A DNA stretch of 64,000 nucleotides from Mobula hypostoma (lineage: Eukaryota). Under the pieces are notes generated by a model, which was given only the letters and a program-made list of their open reading frames with translations, did not search any database and had not been told where the DNA came from. Where the stretch lies: assembly GCF_963921235.1 (NCBI RefSeq), contig NC_086118.1:28460001-28524000 (forward strand), given 5' to 3'. The translations under genes and the position numbers were made by a program. How positions within the stretch are numbered: the first letter of the stretch is position 1; the number at the start of each line of letters is the position of its first letter. Of the stretch, positions 39,080-48,281 are shown in pieces.

Positions 39080-40130
39080 ATCTCTGATTCTAGATTGTCT
39101 AATGTCGTTTCCAGTCCACAAGTGTAAAGGAGAATGAAAGAATTGTTACTCCAGATCCGAAGCCGCACAAAAACATAATAATAAGAAAACATAATATAAA
39201 TACATAAGATAGCTTCTATATATATGTCCATAATATGATGCTAGGCACAGAAGTGTCTGTATACAAGGTGACTGAGAGGAAATGATAGTATAGTGGTGGT
39301 GGGGGTGTACAGAAGGAGTAGAGGTGTTTATCAGCCTTACTGCTTTGAAAAGTAACAGTTTGGTGGTCCTGGTATGGATGCTTCATAGCCTTCTCCCCGA
39401 TTGGAGCTGGACAAACAGTCCATGAGCATGGTGAGTGGGATCCTTCTTGATGTTCCTGGCCCTTTATCGGCACTGCTCTGTATTTACTGAATGCCCTTGA
39501 TGGTGGGTAGGCAGGTGCTGGTGTTGTGTTGGGCGGTTTTAAGTACCCATTGCAGAGCCTTCCTGTCCACTGCAGCGTAGTTTCTGTGCAATCCAGCGAT
39601 GCAGCATGTTAGGGTGCTCTGTACTGCACATCTGTAGAATGACGTTAGCATTGATGTGCATAGTCCAGCTCTCTTCAGCCACCTCAAAGTGGAGGCGTCT
39701 GTGAGCTTTCCTGACTGTGTAGAATGTGTTCTAGGTCCATGAGAGGTTGTGTGAGATGTGCGCTCCCAGAAGTTTAAAACTGTTAACAATTTCCGCTGCT
39801 GTGCCACCGATGTAAAGAGAGGTGTGAGTGGTGCGAGTTCTCCTGAAGTTAATAACCAATTCCTTTGTCTTGTTGACATTGAGGAAGAGGTTATTTGCCA
39901 GGCACCTTTTCTCTGTAGGCCATCTCATCGCTATTGGTGATGAGTCCCACCACAGTTCTGTCATCAGTAAACTTGACAATGCGATTACTCATGTGTTTGG
40001 CCGAGCCAGTCATGTGTGAGCAGAGTGTACTGCAATGGGCTCAGCACACAGTCCCGGGAGTCAGCTGTGTTGAGGATGAACGGGGAGGGAAGAGCTGTTG
40101 TGCATCTTGACTATCTGAGATCTATTAGTT
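39080..40130 (-). mobile_element. Rex/Babar-type LINE fragment
   Basis: NNLFLNVNKTKELVINFRR...FKLLGAHISHNLSWT and LTSFYRCAVQSTLTCC motifs. Confidence 0.8.
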
Positions 40131-42467
40131 AGGAAGTCCAACACCTCAGTATTGGAAATTAGCTACCTAGCTTGATTCTGTCTTCCAGCATTTGGCTCGT
40201 AGCCCAGCTGGTCATGGCCTAATGAACTTCCAAGGTTGTGTTCCAATATTTCTTATGTGACCAAGCATTTCTATCTCTGCCACCATTTCTGTGTGTTTTT
40301 TTTTCTGCTCTCTCATTTGGTCTCATTATCATGCCTGTAATCAATTAATTTAAATCCCACAAAGAATGAAAATCCTTCTTGTTCAGGCCTCTCATAATTT
40401 TATGTAGTTTATCTTCCACCTGCTGTTTTCTTAAGAAACAATACAAATTTATCTCATTTCTTTTGAAAGGTGCAGTTTTACAGTTCAGACAACATAGTTG
40501 TCCAGTGCAGTGATACTTTTCTTGTAACATGGTGATCAGAGTATGTGCTGTATTCAAGGTGTTGCCCAAATCATTGTGGATTGAGTTCTAACATTACTGC
40601 AGCTCTTGTATTCGTTGCTTTGACTAATATAGGATATCAGCCCATGTCCTCTTTTAGATAGATGGATGGATAGATATTTGATTGATCCTGAGGGAAATTA
40701 CAGTGCCTCTGTAGCATTACAAGTGCACAGATTTACAAATACAGTATTAGAAGAGAAGTAAGAAAGAATAAAAATGTTACCTTAAAAATAAGTTGTACAA
40801 GATTCACAAGTCAAAGACTACAAGATCACTCCCCCGGCTGTAGGTTGACTCATTATAGAATCTTATAGGTTGACTCATTAAACACCCTTAATGACTTGTG
40901 CTGTTTTTTTGTTAAGGTCTCTCGACGTACTTTCCGGTTTTTGCACCAGTTGATGCCCTACCGTTTATTGTGTATTCTTTTGCTTTGTTGCATCTTCCCA
41001 AATGAACTGCCTCTCATAGCCTCTTCTGCCCAACTGACCAGACCCCCTACATTTTCCTGCAATTTTTAGCTTTATTCCTTACTGTCAACCCACAGTGCAA
41101 TTTGTACATAACACACTTGTTCATTACAGTCTGCTGTTAAAATGTACTACAAAAAGCAAGGAGCCAAGTAATGAGCCCTGTGGAATCTTATTAGCAACTG
41201 CTTTCCTGTCACAAAAATGCTCTTTAACCATTAGCCTTGGGTTCCTGCCACATGGCTAATTCCCCTCCACTTTGCCACTCCCTTGGATCCGATGGGATTT
41301 TTGTTTTCATTGCTTTGTTTTGACCAGCTTTCAACATGTGATTTTGATGAACGTTTGCTGAAATCCACACAAACTATATCAAGTACACCATTCTCGTTTA
41401 TCCTTAAATTTAGTTCAGTCAGTCAGACAAGACTTTGCCTTAAAAAATTTATGATATTTCTTCTAGATTAATTTGAGAAACTTCTCTAAGGGACGGAACA
41501 AACTTCACTTCAATAAATGACCTTTATTCCATCCTTCAGAGTTGATTCAAATAACTTCTTTATTCCCGAAGTTGTAAACTAACTGGCCTGCAGTTAATCA
41601 GTTTATACCTTTCTGATAAACAAAAGATAATATAGTCATTGTCCCCCAATTCTCTTGTGCCAGTCCAGTGATCAGGAACCTTTAAAAAAAAGGGTGCTAC
41701 CTTCTCATAACAGCCTACAATATGTTTCAACCAGACTTGGCAGTGTGTCCGCTTTCAAAGATGCAAAAGCCCTTTAAACAAAGTATAAAGGGAAATACCA
41801 CCCCAGTCGATAATTCACAGCTGAGCATCGAATCCTCTTTTGTGACTACAATATATTCATTGAGGATCCTAAATTACTTCCACACATGAGCTGCCTCTTT
41901 GCACCCTGACAGGCTCTGCTCTTCATGTCTGAGTTGCCATCTTGGTCTTCATGATCTTATAGAAGAAAACCTAATGATATCTTATTTTTCTTCCCAGTAT
42001 TTCCATAATCTTTTCTTTGCTTTTCTCACTTCCCTTTTATTTTTACTCCTTCCCTTTCCATACTCTCTATGACTTTCTGCTCAGGTATACTTATTTTAGC
42101 CTTGTATTACACTCTATGAGCCTTGTTTTCCAGGGGGTAAATTTGGTGCTCCACCCATGTACTTTCTGGGCACATGTTCACCTTGAACCCTTTTGAGTGT
42201 TTCCCTCTGAGACTCATTTACTTCCAAGGAGCTGCTGCTGGTTCACTTGCTTAATCTTGTATTTTTGCCACATAAAGAGTTATTATTACTGTTACTGCAT
42301 TTATGTTCCTAAACTTCAAGGGCAGAGCTTCCAAAACCTTTTACTTACCTCCTACCACTCTCCACGAGAAAATGCAATACAAAAATTACTCTGTTGCCCT
42401 TCATGCAAGGTATTTAATTTTAACTCCTTAAGTGCCAATTACTATTTTCCTGACCATTGCCTCAATT

Positions 42468-42720
42468 GAATCAGAGTCAGGTTTATTATCATTGATGTAC
42501 ATTGTGAACTGTGTTGTGTTTGTGACAGTAGGACTGTGAAAGACAAATAATAATTACAGGATTACAATAAAATTTAATAAATAGTGCAAAAAAGGAGTAT
42601 AGCAAGGTGATGCTCATCGGTTCCTGAACTTTTCAGAAATTTAATACGGAGGGGAAGAAGCTATTCCCTAAATTGTTACGTGAGGGCCTTAGACTCCTGT
42701 ACCACCACCCTGATGGTAAT
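42468..42720 (-). mobile_element. LINE 3' tail that hosts the LTR element (resumes at ~45959)
   Basis: gaatcagagtcaggtttatt tail; ...ccctgatggtaat | gatgagaagag continues across the LTR insertion. Confidence 0.6.
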
Positions 42721-42918
42721 TGTTGTGTATGTGGCCTAGTTACACAACAATGCTATTAATAAAAACGCTGGAGAGGAGAGCTAAGTTTCATGGTTCTTTA
42801 CTGGCAGAATCCGAACTCGGCACAGATGTACAGATCAATAAGCACCTAATAGCGCATGCATCGACGTGTTACTAAAACATAAATTAGTTCTTTGTTATAA
42901 TGTAGGCTATATGGTACA
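42721..42918 (-). repeat. 3' LTR (198 bp)
   Basis: Direct repeat of 45757-45953, about 27 differences by manual count. Confidence 0.92.
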
Positions 42919-42931
42919 CTCCTCCCCTTTT
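42919..42931 (-). promoter_or_regulatory. Polypurine tract
   Basis: AAAAGGGGAGGAG on the minus strand abutting the 3' LTR. Confidence 0.85.
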
Positions 42932-43275
42932 AATAGTGTATCGACTTTTTTTTACTGGGGCATTCTGCTAAACAAATATGTTTAACCTTAATATGCAAAT
43001 GCCTACCATTTGTTTACTTAGCAACTTAATAATATCAAATTATAACAAAGTAATGGAAAAATATCAAATTATAACAAGCCTTTTTTTTAACTTTTGGTCT
43101 AAGACCCACTTATAACTCAAGTCTCTGGTGGGAGGGGGGTCTTCTCTGCCTCCCTGGGTAACGTCTGTCAATAAACTTGTTTGTTTTAATACATATTTCC
43201 AAATAAAAGTCATGAAAAATTGACCTCTGAGCATAGGGAGTTAAGAAGATGTGTGCCTCCAACTTGCTAAGAGTT

Positions 43276-44197
43276 CTAGGCAGCAGATCGCCTCCATATA
43301 ATGAACATTGCTCTGTGCAGCTGTCATAAATATATATATGCATCTTTGTGCTATCACTTGTCTTCCTTACCCATATCTCATCTGTTCCAACTGAGCTAAT
43401 TACACAGCCAATCTTTGTATTCTCCTTAGATTCCAAATAGATAGCCTGACCTTGATGATACCATCTCTTATCGTATATATAACTTTCCATCTTCTATTCG
43501 TGCTTCATATCTTTGTGCTGGTGATTCAGCAGGAGTGCTGGGAAGATACTCAGGAGAAGACGGAGATGATGGTCTTTTCGGAGATTTAAGCTTATTGAGA
43601 GTTCACAGATCTTCTGTTATCTGTTTATCTATTAACAAGTAATTTAACTGCGCAGGTGCAGGTTTTCGTCTTTCGTCTGTAATTGGAACAGGGTCATTAG
43701 GTCTCCTCCTTAGTTTCCTAGTCATTATTGGCTTTACCTCTATAGAATCTCCTGTGAATTCCATTGTTAGCCACTCATTCTCAATCATCTTTTTCTTTTT
43801 TTCTAATTCAATCTTTTTATCTTCAAATTCCTTCACTGCTGCTTTCTTCTCTTTAATATAATTCCTTTCCACTTATTCTGTCTCCAGTTGCGGGAGAAGC
43901 TCTGCATTTCGTGTTCTTTCCTTATATTGATGATCTAGTTTCTTCATTCTTTTTTGATACTCCTGCAATGTGTAACTGCTGTAGCTGTCTTTTGAGAGAT
44001 GTCAATTTCTCCTGGTACATCTGCTCTTTTACTTCCAGCTAGTCTTCATTATCCTGATTATTGGCAATATCTGTCTCACTTGTATCCTCTGTATCTTCAT
44101 CTGAGTCGCAGCCACGGATACTGCGTTCGTCCTCATTGTCGAGCTCCTCCTCGTTGTTGTAATAGTCGACAACGGGTGAGAGGAGAGCTGTGGACAT
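43276..44197 (-). pseudogene. SUDS3: Intronless SUDS3 (SDS3, Sin3 HDAC corepressor component) copy transduced by the LTR element
   Basis: MSTALLSP...[76 protein letters not shown]...[39 protein letters not shown]...[13 protein letters not shown]; ...RRSAA-TAG. Collinear with human SUDS3 from start to stop, with no introns. Premature stops at 44039-44041, 43873-43875 and 43603-43605, plus frameshifts. Confidence 0.93.
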
Positions 44198-44214
44198 CTT
44201 CCCCGCTGAGCTGC

Positions 44215-45365
44215 CCTCCTTTGTTGACACATCTGCTGCCTTGATGGTGTGCCAATCCAACTGGAATTTCCTGAGCCATTCACGTCCCAGCAATGGTGGT
44301 CCTCCATTTTTCAGTACATAGAGGTTCAGCTGCTGTGTTTTGTTTCCGTAGGTCACTGTCACCTTAATTTTGCCTTTGGGACGCACTTTCTGTCCTGTGT
44401 AAGTCTTTAGCAGTAGTTTAGTTCATTTCAAAGGTATGTGAGAAAACCGTCGTTTGTAGTCATGTACAGAGATCACTGTTAAAGCTGAGCCTGTGTCCAA
44501 CTCTATTTTCAGTCTCACGCCTGCCACTTGTGGAGTGATCCTTATTACTCTTCGATCATCTGTCTCTTTCACGTTGTGAAGTTGCCAACAAGACAATTCA
44601 TTTTCGTCGGAGTCATTTTCATCAGAACTGCCTTCTTTCATTTTGTGTACCTTGTTGTATTTTCCTTTCTGGGGTTTCTTGTTTCTCTGTATTTTGCCCT
44701 TTTTCTGCTGTTGACTATCTTTGAATACACTGTCAATGTGGTCCTGTTTGCCACAGTTTCTGTGTTCTTTGTCTTTAAACCAACAGTCATCAGGGTCATG
44801 TGACATGTTCCCACAACGGTAACATTTCTTTCCTTCATTCCTGTTCAGTGACATTTTATTTGTGGCATATTCCAGAGATTTTTGTTGTATCTCAGAAGCA
44901 CCTCGTGCCACTGTGTCCGTTGATATTGCAATGTTTAGTGCTTTCTCAAATGTAAGGTCTCTTTCACACAGAAGCTTCTTCTGTGTGGTTTCACAGTGCA
45001 TACCACACACTAACCTCTCCCTCAATGCATCCGATAGACCAGCTCCAAATTGACAATGTTCGGATAATTTGTGCAATTCAGCACATTATTCAGAATGCTT
45101 TTGTTTTTGCTCTCTGTGTTTTGGGGTTTAAATGCTGTTGGAGAGTGTCTACTATTTGCTTGAACGTTTTGTCAGCTGGCTTTTCAGGGGTTAACAAGCT
45201 CCGTAGCAGGCTGTATGTTTTTGCTCCCATAAAACTGAGTAAGGCGCTAGCTTTCTTTTCATCCTTAACACCGTTAGCCTCATGGTATAACTCCACTCTT
45301 TCATTGTAAATTGCCCAGTTTTCAATGCCACTATCAAATGCTGTAATGGTTCCAATCATCGCCAT
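44215..45365 (-). pseudogene. Mag-type gag-protease remnant
   Basis: MAMIGTITAFD...KTYSLLRSLLTPEKP; LRERLVCG; knuckle CYRCGNMSHDPDDC plus a degenerate second knuckle; protease ELDTGSALTVIS and GPPLLGREWL. Confidence 0.88.
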
Positions 45366-45742
45366 CTTTGTTATGTTAATTAAGCCCCATTCTCCCCTTA
45401 TTTTCCTTTTTGACTAGCGTGTCCTTTTTGCTAGTGCCACGAGCGCACTCCGTGTAGATGTGTGTATGTCGCTCCTTTTCATCTCCCTTCTGGGGCAGGC
45501 AGACCCTCAGCCCCTGGGGGTCAGCGCCGGCTGTGGTGTCGGCTGGATGTGCTGCGGTTCCAACTCCGACTGTGTCTCTTGGTCTCCCGACATTCCTGAC
45601 CCTGGCTGTGCTCCCGCTTTCTTTCGGACACGTGACCTCGCTCTGCCTCCTTCACCCGTTCCTTGCCTCGTTCCTTGCGCTCTTCTTCCGAGTGCCGTTA
45701 TCAATTAAAACACGTCGTTCCGATACGATGTAGGTTCATTAA

Positions 45743-45753
45743 CCTCGTCGCCA
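45743..45753 (-). promoter_or_regulatory. Primer-binding site complementary to tRNA-Ser(GCT)
   Basis: TGGCGACGAGG, 3 nt from the 5' LTR; complementary to the ...CCUCGUCGCCA 3' end of tRNA-Ser(GCT). Confidence 0.75.
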
Positions 45754-45756
45754 ATT

Positions 45757-45953
45757 TGTTGTGTATGTGGCCTGGTTACACAACAATGGTACTAATAAAA
45801 ATGCTGGAGACGGGAACTAAGGTTCATGATTCTTTACTGGCAGAATCCGAACTTGGCACACACCTACAGATCAATACGCGCCTAATAGTGCACGCAATGA
45901 CGTGTTACTATGCATAAAGTAGTCCCTTATTATAATGTAGGCTATATGATACA
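45757..45953 (-). repeat. 5' LTR (197 bp)
   Basis: Direct repeat of 42721-42918. Confidence 0.92.
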
Positions 45954-47633
45954 GTAATGATGAGAAGAGACCATAGATCACAAAACATTGGCTTAGAATT
46001 AGGCCATTTGGCCCATCAAGTCTTCTCTGCCATTCCATCATGGCTGATTTATTATCCCTTTCAATCCCATTCCTCTGCCTACCCATGTCCTAGGTAGTGA
46101 GGGTCGTTAATGAAGGTTATTCTATGAAATTATGCCTTGCGAGTTAAGTACCTTTCTCTGACATATTTATCATTACATACTTCCTCCCACAGATCCTCTA
46201 GCAGTAACTTGTGCATCTCCTGTGTGCACCGCTGGAGACTACAGAGCAATTGATTAACTGTACACACTCAGGAAGATTTTCAGAGTCCAGAAATCTGAGA
46301 GATTGTGGGGGAAATGGGTGGGAGAGCAAAATCAACCTCATGCCAAAATAAAATACCATACAGTTTTTATTGAAGTTGGGGCATAACTAAATTAACTCTG
46401 GTTCTCAGTGATAATGACAACTCAATGCAAATGTGAAGTACAAGGACACAGTACTGTCTGCTAAAGTGCTTCTTTAAAAGTCACATGCAGTAGGATTGTA
46501 AGCATTGCCAGACTGCTGTTTGCTTCAGATGTGCATTTGCGATATCAGGTTAAGTAATTGATAAATCTTGCTGACCGGTATTTTTATTAAAATAGCAGAT
46601 AATTCATTTATGGGACAGAGTTACAGTTTCAAGAAAGCAGTTACTTTGAAAACAGATACTAACCTGAAAAGGAGGACTCTCAGTCATTTTGTCTGTTTGT
46701 TGGTACGTGCTGTTAATGAATTGCAGCTTCACCCTGAAACCCAAGACAGGTTATTTGGTGAATTCTTTCTCCATGGTCTAGATAAATGTTGCATGAAATC
46801 GACTTAATCTGTCAATCTAATTCCTTGTGAATCTGAGCCCTGAGCAAGAATCTATAGGTAATTCTGCCACAACATGACAGTTGCTTTTGTAAAAAACATT
46901 GACTTTATAGAAAATCATACATAAGGCTTTTGTGTCAATAGGAAAAAGTGTTTACAGGCTGGAGCAATTCAGACTGCAAAAGAACAAATTTACTTTTCCT
47001 GCATGATTTTCAAAACAAAAAGTGTTTTAATAGCTTTAAGTTTGCTTTGTTACTGCAAGGTAAAAGTGCTAAAGGCTGTATATTGCGTTATTCAGTAAGG
47101 TATCCAGGCACAAATATCTATAGGAGTGATTGCTTGTCAATTTTCAACAGTGTCCATGGTGAAACTAGCAGTACACCAGAAATAATCTTGTCTTTTTAAT
47201 GCGGGGAGGCTATATGGAAACAGTTAATATTTTCCCCATGACTTTTTATCCCCCAAGTAGATTTTTTTTCCCCCGGCTTGTCTATGTCCAAAAGTTCACT
47301 TAAGTGGGTAATCATGTAATGATCATGTAATCCAAGTAGTGTTTCTTAATTTATCAATTGTGTAATATCCAATTTGTGTTAAAGAAACACATGTTAGAAT
47401 CAAAGCTATCTGCAGTGACTTTTGCTTAACCGTGACAAAATCCTGCACATTCCCTCTTCTCCAGCAATCTTTATCTTTCCAAACTGCAACCAAGTTAGCG
47501 CAAGAGCCCAGCAAATCTGGAGTAGTGTTCATAAAGAAAGATTGTTTTCATTTCTAAAAAAAATTGCAAGGGCATTAGAAAAATTATATTAGTTCAATTA
47601 ATGTGCCATTCTTCTTTTCTTTCTTGCTCTTAG

Positions 47634-48281
47634 CTTTGAAAAGGTCATTTGAGGTAGAGGAAGTGGAGCAGTCGACCCCAAATCCCTCCGCTCCCTCGAG
47701 ACGAATCCCAACTCCTCTGAGACCGAGCCCATCACCTGGACACAAATATCAAGATTTGGGCGCAAAGTATACAGATTCAGCCTTGAGACAGGCAGAAGCA
47801 CCTAATGCTAAATCACCAAAGTCTTCCATCAAGAGAATTGAAATTACTGGGCCTAAGCACCCAGAGCCAGTCTCACGGAGAGCAGAGATTTCTATTGACC
47901 TTTCTTCAAAGCAAGTAGAAGGTGCAAGTCATGGCCTCCCAAAGATTGGCCTTAAAAGGGCAGAACTACTAGGCCACAAGCCTCCTGAAACAGTTCCCAG
48001 GAGAACAGAAATTTCCGGAGCAAAAGTTCAGGACATCTCCTCAAGAAGATTGGAATCTGCAGCTTCCAAGCTTCCTGATTCCATTCCAAGAAGACCAGAG
48101 AACTTTGGATCTTCCCCAGCAGAGGTATCCCCAAAAAAGGTTGAGATTCAGACAGCAAAGCATCAAGAAGTCCCAGCTAAACAGGTGGAAAATTCGATCT
48201 CTCCCCACACTAATTACCATCAGCCACAGGAAGTGCAGCCAGATCGAGCAGTTACTGAAACAAAAGTGAAGAACCAGAACA
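47634..48281 (+). CDS. SEPTIN9: Septin 9 large N-terminal coding exon (human exon 3 equivalent)
   Basis: (A)LKRSFEVEEVE...KYQDLG...EPVSRRAEISIDLSSKQVE...GLKRAELLGHK...KKVEIQ. Polypyrimidine tract and TAG acceptor at 47631-47633; GTGAGT donor at 48282; 648 nt, phase 1-1. Confidence 0.96.

Larger units (their letters stand above)
42721..45953 (-). mobile_element. Non-autonomous Mag-type Gypsy LTR retrotransposon carrying a captured SUDS3 cDNA
   Basis: LTRs at 42721-42918 and 45757-45953 (TGTTG...TACA); 5-bp TSD GTAAT (42716-42720 and 45954-45958); PBS, PPT, gag and protease present; RT, RNase H and integrase absent. Confidence 0.93.

Noticed and set aside
43276..44197. A functional SUDS3 gene nested antisense in the SEPT9 intron
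   Set aside because: At least three premature stops, several frameshifts and no introns, and it sits inside LTRs. It is a transduced pseudogene copy.
46491..46556. Candidate SEPT9 mini first exon ending ATA TCA G|gttaag (..IS-A, like MERDRIS-A)
   Set aside because: No in-frame ATG after the upstream TAG at 46491-46493, and the rest of the peptide does not match.
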